13,233 nt of DNA from an archaeon. GTDB lineage: Archaea; Iainarchaeota; Iainarchaeia; Iainarchaeales; 1-14-0-10-31-34. How positions within the stretch are numbered: the first letter of the stretch is position 1; every line of letters starts with the position of its first letter. Below the pieces are notes generated by a model. The model did not search any database. It was given only the letters and a program-made list of their open reading frames with translations, and was not told the DNA's origin. Both the position numbers and the translations under genes were made by a program. Of this stretch, positions 6,443 through 13,056 are shown in pieces. Where the stretch lies: contig JBDRIL010000021.1 of assembly GCA_043815885.1 (NCBI GenBank), positions 1 through 13,233 of the forward strand, written 5' to 3'.

Positions 6443-6934
6443 TTACAGCTTTAATTCCTTTAAAACCCTTTTCTTTAGAACCTTAGTTCTCTCTGTTTTT
6501 GACGTTCCGTCATACTTTATTCCGTGGGTTGTTTCAGGACTGTCAAGCAGTCTCATTATCTCTCTCATCTTGCTTTTCTTTCCTTCCTCTTTTTCTGCTT
6601 TCCTTATCTTTTCTCCCAAACTAATCTTCAGTTCCTCCAGATTCTTTGCAGTATTTTCTTCAATCTTTCTTTCCTCTTCATGAATTAATTTTATTATTAC
6701 TTCTTTCAGTAATTCCTCTTCCTTCTTTATGTCTTCCCTTACAATCTTTCTTATCTCGCTCTTAAGCAAGGTGAATGTATCTGCTTCTCCCAGTAAAAGC
6801 AGTTTCTTTGCCTGGTTTTCCTTTATCCCCAATGCCTTAAGCGAGGCAATAATCTTTTCCTCTGGCTCGCCTTCCTTGACCATTCTTTCAATTATTTCAA
6901 TAATGCTTTTCTCTTCCCCGATCTGTATTGCCAT
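6443..6934 (-). CDS. Hypothetical soluble coiled-coil protein, paralogue of 5708-6436
   Basis: Shares SIIxIxExMVxEGxPExxIIxxLKAxGxKExQAKKLLLLGEADTFxLLKxE with the downstream gene; no TM segment. Confidence 0.82.
   Translation of the reverse strand: MAIQIGEEKSIIEIIERMVKEGEPEEKIIASLKALGIKENQAKKLLLLGEADTFTLLKSEIRKIVREDIKKEEELLKEVIIKLIHEEERKIEENTAKNLEELKISLGEKIRKAEKEEGKKSKMREIMRLLDSPETTHGIKYDGTSKTERTKVLKKRVLKELKL
6772..6814. repeat. Direct repeat copy 2
   Basis: TGAATGTATCTGCTTCTCCCAGTAAAAGCAGTTT-C-TTTGCCTG. Confidence 0.95.
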
Positions 6935-6990
6935 TGCCTTTCACTTTCCTTATTAATTAAATCCTTTCCTATTAAAAACCATTTTCTTGC

Positions 6991-7314
6991 CTAAGCAAAT
7001 ACAACCTCTTTCTCAATTGAAGGATGAAACCCTGCCTCAACAATAAATCTGGCTTTTTTTCCCTCAAACATTACCTCTCTCCTCTCTCCTGGACTTAATT
7101 CATCAATTGAAGCAATCAATTTCTTCTCTCCTCCATCCATTACGAAAACAGACACATTCCTTATAATGCTTTTACTGCTGTTTTCAACAAACAACTTTCC
7201 CTCTTCCCCATAAACACTCAAACCAGCATTAAAGAACATAATGTAAGCAAGGAATACTGCAAACACCCCGACCAATACAAGAAGATAATTAAAATACTGC
7301 TTTCTTTTCTTCAT
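6991..7314 (-). CDS. Small membrane-anchored protein with a probable Ig-like beta-sandwich
   Basis: MKKRK then TM YLLVLVGVFAVFLAYIMFF; VENSSKSIIRNVSV...IDELSPGERREV resembles the NxS...LxPGE pattern of CARDB-like folds (fold is inferred). Confidence 0.78.
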   Translation of the reverse strand: MKKRKQYFNYLLVLVGVFAVFLAYIMFFNAGLSVYGEEGKLFVENSSKSIIRNVSVFVMDGGEKKLIASIDELSPGERREVMFEGKKARFIVEAGFHPSIEKEVVFA

Positions 7315-7338
7315 AGTAAAAGAATTGCTTTTAATTAT

Positions 7339-8094
7339 TTAAAGCTTCCCCTTCTGCCACTCCAATACAATCTGTTTGGAGACAGCATTTACATCAGGAA
7401 TGCCTTTCTTCAACAGCCTTCCCTTTTTCATTGCAATCCATTCCAATACTTCTCCAGCATTCTTTTCCTTTAATTCAATTCCATACCTTCTCTCTAATTT
7501 TTTCGGGTTATTCTCCATTAACAATTCAATCACTTTTTCAGCCGCACTCTCTGCATCCTCCAGCTTCGAGGGATTCTTTGCCCCAACCAAAGCCAGAAGC
7601 AGTTCATCCCTTTCCTCGAAAGGAATTATTCCAGGGGAATCAACCAACAAAACATTCTTAGTGAGGGAAATAAACTGCTCTCCTTTAGTGTAGCCTGCAG
7701 TAATAGATGTTCTTGCAACCACCTTTCCCTTCAATGCATTAATAATGGAAGACTTTCCAGTATTAGGATAACCAATGACTCCAACAACAACCTTCTTTTC
7801 TTTCCTTCCAGCAAAAGCCTTGATTGCATTCCTTAATCTGCTTATTCCTTTCTTTTCCTTTCCAGAAACAAACACTACACGAAAAAATTTACTTAATTCC
7901 TTCTTTACTTTTAATGCATTTCTTTTACTCACTAAATCGCTTTTATTCACTACAATAATCAATTCCTTTTTCTTCTCCTTCACTCTTTCCTCAATTAATT
8001 CATTCCTTGTCTCATTCGGAAACCGTGAATCCACTATCTCCAGCAGCAAGTCACTCTTTCCAATCACTCTCTCCACTCTTTCCCTGAAACCCAT
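7339..8094 (-). CDS. Circularly permuted GTPase, YlqF/RbgA/YawG family (ribosome biogenesis)
   Basis: Motif order DSRFP, G4 NKSD, G5 FVSG, G1 GYPNTGKSS, G2 GYTKGEQ, G3 DSPGI, C-terminal EWQKGKL. Start moved to ATG 8094 because GGTGA (8104-8100) lies just upstream. Confidence 0.93.
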   Translation of the reverse strand: MGFRERVERVIGKSDLLLEIVDSRFPNETRNELIEERVKEKKKELIIVVNKSDLVSKRNALKVKKELSKFFRVVFVSGKEKKGISRLRNAIKAFAGRKEKKVVVGVIGYPNTGKSSIINALKGKVVARTSITAGYTKGEQFISLTKNVLLVDSPGIIPFEERDELLLALVGAKNPSKLEDAESAAEKVIELLMENNPKKLERRYGIELKEKNAGEVLEWIAMKKGRLLKKGIPDVNAVSKQIVLEWQKGKL

Positions 8095-8169
8095 TTCTCT
8101 CACCAAAAAATATTACTGCAAACGATTTAAATTATCTTATTAATTTTTTGCTCAATAATTCAATTTACA

Positions 8170-10533
8170 ATGAATCTATTAAAGGAATTAGAGAAAAGAA
8201 TCCTTGTATTGGATGGAGGATGGGGAACCACTCTGAGAGGTCTTGGAGTAGAGATTAATTCCTGCTCTGAAGAACTAAATCTCTCTAACCCGGAAGCAAT
8301 AACAAAGGCACATTCCCTCTTTGCTGAAGCAGGAGCAGACATCATTGAAACCAATACTTCTTCTGCAACAAGAATTGAATTAAGCGAATATGGTTTGGAG
8401 GAAAAGACAAGGGAAATAAATGAAAAGGCAGTTGAATTAGCTAGAAAGGCAATCGGAAAAAAAGGATTTGTTGCTGCAAGCATTTCTTCTATGGGGAAAT
8501 TAATTGAACCATTAGGGGAATTGGCTTTTGATGAAGTATTTAATGCATTTCATGAACAAATTCGTTCCTGCAGAAAGGCAGACTTAATCCTAATTGAAAC
8601 AGTTTCTGATTTAAAGGAAGCAAAGATTGCAGTGATTGCAGCAAAAGCTGCTGCAAAACTTCCAGTATTCTGTTCAATGACTTTTGAGGGAGAAAGAACC
8701 ACCAGCGGAACAGACCTAAAAACATTTGTTTCAGTAATGGAAGCACTGGAAGTAGATGGAATTGGATTGAACTGCAGCATTCCCCCGCAAAAAATGCTTC
8801 CCCTGGTAGAAGAATTAACTCAATTAACTTCTCTTCCCTTAATCGTTTACCCTAATGCAGGCCTGCCCAAATTAATTAATGGAGAAACCTGCTTTCCCGC
8901 TTCCCCGGAAGAAATGGCTTCCTGTGCAGAAAGATTCTATAAGCTGGGAGCAAACATTATTGGAGGCTGTTGCGGAAATTCTCCTTCCCACATCAAAGCA
9001 ATAGCAGAAAAAGTAAAGAATCTCCCTCCAATTAAAAGAAAAAAAATTAATTACTTTCCATCTCTTTCCTCCAGAACAAAAACAATTGAATTCTCCCCCG
9101 GGAATTCCTATGTTATCGGGGAATCCATTAACCCTAATTCAAAAAAAGAATTAAGAGCAGAACTAAAGGAAAAAAAATTCTCTTTAATTAAAAAACTCGC
9201 TTTAGAGCAAACCCGGAAAGGCGCTGACCTATTGGATGTAAATGTAAGTATGCCTTCTCTTTCAGACGAAGAACTCCTTCCCCTTGCAGTAAAGGCAGTG
9301 GAAAACGTTTCAATCACTCCAATAGTCATAGACAATACCAATTCAAAAGCATTGGAGGAAGGATTAAAGATGTGTTCAGGAAAACCATTAATCAATTCAG
9401 TTAATGCATCAGAGAAATCCCTTCATGAAATCCTTCCACTTGCAAAAAAATACGGTGCAGCAGTAATCGGCTTAACCTTGAATGAAAAAGGAATCCCTCC
9501 TACAGTAAAAGAAAGAATTCAATTAGCAAAAGAAATTTTAGCTGAAACTGAAAAAATAGGAATCCAAAAAAAAGACTTATTCATTGATTTTCTTGTAACA
9601 ACTATTGCAGCAGAAAAAGAAAAAGCAGAAATAACAATTGAAGCAGTAAAGGAAGCAAAAAAATCAGGCTTCAATACAGTTCTCGGAATAAGCAATGCAT
9701 CTATTGGATTGCCTGACAGGAGAGAAATCAATTTCAAGTTCCTCTGTAAAGCATTAGAAGCAGGACTGGATTTAGCCATAGCAGATGTATTTGATTCAAG
9801 AATTGTTTCCCTGATAAAAAACAAGGATAAATTCGATTTAAAGCAGGACTTGGATGCTTTCCTTAAAGAAACAGTTTTCACTGAAAGAAAACCGGTGAGC
9901 AAAAAACTTCCATTAAAAGAACAATTAAGGCAGGCAATAATTGCAGGAATAGAGGAAGACATTATTCCAATAGCAAAAAAAGCCCTTGAACAAATCCCTC
10001 CATTGGAAATAAATGATTCATTGATTGATGGATTGAATGAAGTTGGAGAAAAATTTAAATCCAAGAAACTCTTTCTCCCTAATGTAATGCTCTCTGCCTC
10101 CACAATGAAGCATGCTTTCACTGTACTTAAAGAAGAATTAAAGAAGTCAGGTAAAGGAAAATCTCCTGGAAAAATTCTTTTCGCTACAGTAAAGGATGAC
10201 GTGCATGACATTGGAAAGAATATTGTTGTTGCATTGCTTGAATCCCACGGATTTGAGGTAATTGATTTAGGAAAAGACGTAGATGAAAGAAGAATAATTG
10301 AGTCAGCCAGAAAAGTCCATCCAAAAATCATCTGCCTTTCAGCATTGATGACAAACACAATGATTCACATGCCGGAAGTAATTAAAGCATTAAAAAAAGA
10401 AGGAATAAATATCCCGGTATTAGTGGGAGGAGCTGTCCTGAACGAAGAATACGCTAAAAGCATTAATGCAGAATACGGGGAAGACGCAATCAATGCAGTA
10501 AAACAGGTAAAAAAATTATTCAAAGCAGTTTAA
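8170..10533 (+). CDS. metH: Cobalamin-dependent methionine synthase-like protein (Hcy-binding, pterin-binding, cap and B12-binding domains; no C-terminal SAM activation domain)
   Basis: LDGGWGT, GADIIETNT, Zn ligands GLNC and GGCCG, PNAGLP. Pterin barrel LDVNV, INSVN, GISN..GLP.R..IN. Cap domain VGEKF...FLP. B12 motif DVHDIGKNIV, then LSALM and VGGA. 787 aa, ending after the B12 domain as in Thermotoga-type MetH. Confidence 0.9.
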   Translation: MNLLKELEKRILVLDGGWGTTLRGLGVEINSCSEELNLSNPEAITKAHSLFAEAGADIIETNTSSATRIELSEYGLEEKTREINEKAVELARKAIGKKGFVAASISSMGKLIEPLGELAFDEVFNAFHEQIRSCRKADLILIETVSDLKEAKIAVIAAKAAAKLPVFCSMTFEGERTTSGTDLKTFVSVMEALEVDGIGLNCSIPPQKMLPLVEELTQLTSLPLIVYPNAGLPKLINGETCFPASPEEMASCAERFYKLGANIIGGCCGNSPSHIKAIAEKVKNLPPIKRKKINYFPSLSSRTKTIEFSPGNSYVIGESINPNSKKELRAELKEKKFSLIKKLALEQTRKGADLLDVNVSMPSLSDEELLPLAVKAVENVSITPIVIDNTNSKALEEGLKMCSGKPLINSVNASEKSLHEILPLAKKYGAAVIGLTLNEKGIPPTVKERIQLAKEILAETEKIGIQKKDLFIDFLVTTIAAEKEKAEITIEAVKEAKKSGFNTVLGISNASIGLPDRREINFKFLCKALEAGLDLAIADVFDSRIVSLIKNKDKFDLKQDLDAFLKETVFTERKPVSKKLPLKEQLRQAIIAGIEEDIIPIAKKALEQIPPLEINDSLIDGLNEVGEKFKSKKLFLPNVMLSASTMKHAFTVLKEELKKSGKGKSPGKILFATVKDDVHDIGKNIVVALLESHGFEVIDLGKDVDERRIIESARKVHPKIICLSALMTNTMIHMPEVIKALKKEGINIPVLVGGAVLNEEYAKSINAEYGEDAINAVKQVKKLFKAV

Positions 10534-10870
10534 GGTTTCCAGTGAATTCATCTATTTCTTTTTCCGGCGCAGGGCCAATCGCAATACAGGTAATGCTTCC
10601 CTGCTTTATCTGGGTTCTTCCTGCATCCCTGATTAAAATCGTCGGAAGAGCTTTTTTTGCTCTCTGAAATACATCCATTAATTCCCTGAAAGAAGAAACC
10701 TTCAGCACTACCTTTTCCATTCCCTTTTCCTTCCATTCCCTAACCCAATCAGAATGAACTGAATTAGTTTTATCCATTGCCTCAACCGATGCATGGGCTG
10801 CCTGACTGGCAGTCTTTCCCCGGGCCATCTTGAGGTCTGTTCTCACCACTATTACTTGCTTGAAATTCAT
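10520..10870 (-). CDS. pth2: Peptidyl-tRNA hydrolase Pth2 (archaeal type)
   Basis: KQVIVVRTDLKMARGKTASQAAHAS...KVVLKV...IRDAGRTQIKQGSITCIAIGP...TGNLKLL. ATG 10870 preferred over TTG 10879. Confidence 0.96.
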   Translation of the reverse strand: MNFKQVIVVRTDLKMARGKTASQAAHASVEAMDKTNSVHSDWVREWKEKGMEKVVLKVSSFRELMDVFQRAKKALPTILIRDAGRTQIKQGSITCIAIGPAPEKEIDEFTGNLKLL

Positions 10871-11192
10871 TTTCTTCAACCACTTTAACCAGAGTAATGG
10901 TTTTAGTTACTCCATTATTGTTCCATAAAGCAGAAAAACTCTTGGATTCATTCCTGTCCAGCCAGAACTCCCTGTTTTGGGGTTGGCAGTAGCCCTTTGG
11001 GGTGTATTCCCTGCTGTACTCAATTAAAGTTCTTCCATTCCCTGCTCTCAACAATTTAAATACTTTTTTTCCGTCTCCATCTGCCTCAAATTCCTGTCCT
11101 TCCTTTACCTCTAACTCTCTTTCCTCTATCCTTTTCTCAAAGGGAGGTCTCCAGTCCTGCTGTAATTCTTTTACTTTAAAAAAAGCCTTCAA
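10782..11192 (-). CDS. Hypothetical protein (beta-rich); C-terminal about 30 aa overlap pth2
   Basis: TTG start with GGTG SD-like sequence upstream; protein-like composition over the first about 105 aa; no family recognised. Confidence 0.72.
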   Translation of the reverse strand: MKAFFKVKELQQDWRPPFEKRIEERELEVKEGQEFEADGDGKKVFKLLRAGNGRTLIEYSREYTPKGYCQPQNREFWLDRNESKSFSALWNNNGVTKTITLVKVVEENEFQASNSGENRPQDGPGKDCQSGSPCIG

Positions 11193-11256
11193 TTCACACC
11201 ACTCTAAAAAAGAAGTTCCTTCAAGTATTTTAATCTAATGGTTTCGAATTTTATAG

Positions 11257-11289
11257 TGGCTTCAAGGGAAATGAACTCTCTGGAAGCCA
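11257..11289. other. Intergenic inverted repeat / hairpin
   Basis: TGGCTTC-A-AGGGA-aatgaac-TCTCT-G-GAAGCCA, immediately before TTTAAAA (11290-11296), the likely TATA box of the PIN gene. Confidence 0.55.
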
Positions 11290-11317
11290 TTTAAAAGCCT
11301 CTAAATCCAATTTTTTC

Positions 11318-11728
11318 ATGCCAGAAAGGATTTACATCGATACAAATATTTACCTCGATTATTTTGAGGAAAGAAAAGACATTTTCAGACCATTAGGCGA
11401 ATTTGCTTTTCAGGTATTCAAAAGAACCTTGGAGTGCGAATTCGAAATAGTAATAAGTGATTGGGTGATTGAAGAATTATCCAAACAAAAATTTCCTAAA
11501 GTAAAATTTGATTTGCTTTTAAGAGAACTTTCAAATAAAGGAAAAATAGTTAAAGTCAGAAAGACTGAACAAGATTTGCTTAATGCAAGGAAGTACGAAA
11601 ATTTTAGTGACGCAATTCATGGGTTTATTGCGCACAGAACTAACTGCAAGAAAATAGTTACAAGAAACATCGAGGATTTTTTAGACATCAGGCACTTTAT
11701 CGAGCCCATACTTCCCGAAAATCTTTGA
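11318..11728 (+). CDS. vapC: PIN-domain ribonuclease (VapC-like toxin)
   Basis: IYIDTNIYLD, VISDWVIEEL, FSDAIH, IVTRNIEDF: the conserved acidic PIN residues; 136 aa. Confidence 0.92.
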   Translation: MPERIYIDTNIYLDYFEERKDIFRPLGEFAFQVFKRTLECEFEIVISDWVIEELSKQKFPKVKFDLLLRELSNKGKIVKVRKTEQDLLNARKYENFSDAIHGFIAHRTNCKKIVTRNIEDFLDIRHFIEPILPENL

Positions 11729-11980
11729 AGAGTCTTTTTTTGCGTATTCTTCAACTGCTTTGTTTCTCTCTTCTTTTGTCATCCTTTTTATTCCTTTAAC
11801 GCTTCCCTGTAGTTTCTTCAATCTTCTGATAGCCATTTTTGTTTGGAACTCTTCAGCTGTTTTCCTCATTGCTTCCCTTACGAATTCCTGAATTGAATTA
11901 AAACCGTTTTCTTTCACAATCTCCCTTGAATCTGAATACAATTTATCTGAAACCCTCAGATGAATCAACTTATTCGCCAT
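11681..11980 (-). CDS. Ribbon-helix-helix (CopG/MetJ/Arc-like) protein, probable antitoxin
   Basis: MANKLIHLRVSDKLYSDSREIVKENGFNSIQEFVREAMRK: alternating beta strand, helix, GFxSxxEFVREAxR. ATG 11980 lies about 22 nt from a TTATATA box, consistent with a leaderless start. Confidence 0.88.
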   Translation of the reverse strand: MANKLIHLRVSDKLYSDSREIVKENGFNSIQEFVREAMRKTAEEFQTKMAIRRLKKLQGSVKGIKRMTKEERNKAVEEYAKKDSSKIFGKYGLDKVPDV

Positions 11981-12017
11981 GATATAATTTGATACCAAAT
12001 GATATATAAGTATTTTG
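11980..12017 (-). promoter_or_regulatory. RHH gene promoter with three TGATA repeats phased at 10 bp
   Basis: TGATA begins at 11980, 11990 and 12000 (+ strand); BRE/TATA GCAAAATAC-TTATATA on the minus strand at about 12018-12003. Confidence 0.65.
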
Positions 12018-12018
12018 C

Positions 12019-12969
12019 TCAGAAGTATTTTATCTTGTGTATTTTTGAGTAAACGAAGTAATCATAGTCTCTTATTATTGCTGGAAACTTGGTTTTCATG
12101 TCTTTAATGATTGAGAGGAATTTTCCATGGCTTTCTGTCACTGCCTCGAATTCAAAGTCCGCCACTCCAATAGTCTGGTCAACGTAAACTATGTTTGGAT
12201 GCTGGATTGCATACTTCAATAATTTACTGTATTTAGTTAAATCAGCTAAATTAATGTTCACTTTGTAGTGAGTCAGATCCAGCAAACCAGTATTGAATCT
12301 TGTCCTGAATCCTTTAATTACCCCCAGTTTCTGCATTTTCTTTACTGAATACTTGACTATCATTGCAGTTAAACCCAGTTTCTTCGCTATTTCTATTGTA
12401 GGACTTCTGCTGTTTGAAGCTAATTCCTTCAGTATTCTTTCATCTGTTTTACTGATTGAAACAGTTTTAGCTGAACCAGTAAAACAGGAAGGAATTTCCT
12501 GAATCTTTTTTGGAGAAATAAAAGCATAGGGAAACTGATACAAGCCGGCATAAATGCTCACAAGAATTTTCTGAAAATAGTTCCTGTACTTCTGCATAAA
12601 CCTCTCCCAGAATTCATTAAATTCATAGATATCCTTCACCCACACAACAAAACCCAGATCATATACCCCATCAATTGTTCCAACCCACCACGTGATTTCA
12701 CTCTCACAGAGAAAATCAATTATTCCCTTCTCCTTCTCCAAATCAATGTACTGGAACTTCAAGTAAATCCTGAATTCCTCATAACCCAAAACAGAGACAT
12801 CAATTATTGAATAAAAACCCAGAACAACTTTATTTTCAATCAATTTATTTATCCTGTAATTCACTACCCCTGCATCAAGCCTAACCTTTTTAGCAATAGC
12901 AGAAACCGGTGAACGGGAATTCACATCCAGTTCATACATTATTTTCCTGTCTTTATCATCAACCAGCAT
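12019..12969 (-). CDS. Lrp/AsnC-family regulator with two tandem wHTH + RAM-like units
   Basis: Unit 1 DDKDRKIMYELDVNSRSPVSAIAKKVRLDAGVVNYRINKL; unit 2 SKTDERILKELASNSRSPTIEIAKKLGLTAMIVKYSVKKM; each followed by a G.YD / G.ADFE beta-alpha domain. Start set to ATG 12969; the 28 extra upstream codons look like AT-rich promoter DNA. Confidence 0.9.
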   Translation of the reverse strand: MLVDDKDRKIMYELDVNSRSPVSAIAKKVRLDAGVVNYRINKLIENKVVLGFYSIIDVSVLGYEEFRIYLKFQYIDLEKEKGIIDFLCESEITWWVGTIDGVYDLGFVVWVKDIYEFNEFWERFMQKYRNYFQKILVSIYAGLYQFPYAFISPKKIQEIPSCFTGSAKTVSISKTDERILKELASNSRSPTIEIAKKLGLTAMIVKYSVKKMQKLGVIKGFRTRFNTGLLDLTHYKVNINLADLTKYSKLLKYAIQHPNIVYVDQTIGVADFEFEAVTESHGKFLSIIKDMKTKFPAIIRDYDYFVYSKIHKIKYF

Positions 12970-13012
12970 ATCAATAAAAAGGATAAAAAATACTATAAAT
13001 TTATTCTTTTTC

Positions 13013-13027
13013 TGGAATTTTATTCCA
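13013..13027. promoter_or_regulatory. Putative Lrp/FFRP operator
   Basis: TGGAAT-TTT-ATTCCA, a 15-bp inverted repeat with an A/T centre, between the divergent Lrp and methyltransferase genes. Confidence 0.55.
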
Positions 13028-13056
13028 TTATTTTTATTAAACAGGTTAACCAAATT

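Noticed and set aside
6241..6814. 43-nt repeat as CRISPR, DGR template/variable repeat or att pair
   Set aside because: Only two copies, both in frame within paralogous coding domains; one mismatch; no cas, reverse transcriptase or integrase gene.
5829..7693. Plus-strand ORFs 5829-6389, 6729-6956, 7376-7693 and 7431-7661
   Set aside because: Antisense shadows; the shared peptide NVSASPSKSSFFA only mirrors the real minus-strand repeat.
8160..10358. Minus-strand ORFs inside metH, including the 279-aa 9519-10358
   Set aside because: Antisense shadows with no recognisable motifs.
11223..12016. AAGTATTTT at 11223 and 12008 as a target-site duplication around the PIN/RHH pair
   Set aside because: The same AT-rich 9-mer also occurs at 4151 and 12023 and overlaps promoter elements; chance is sufficient.
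12019..12969. Siroheme decarboxylase (AhbAB/NirDL) assignment for the double Lrp protein
   Set aside because: No heme-biosynthesis context and no H-x-Y-x-R motif visible; a regulator is the simpler call.
12970..13053. 28-aa hydrophobic N-terminal extension on the Lrp protein (apparent membrane anchor)
   Set aside because: Results from extending the ORF to an upstream TTG through AT-rich promoter DNA; the Lrp fold begins at ATG 12969.
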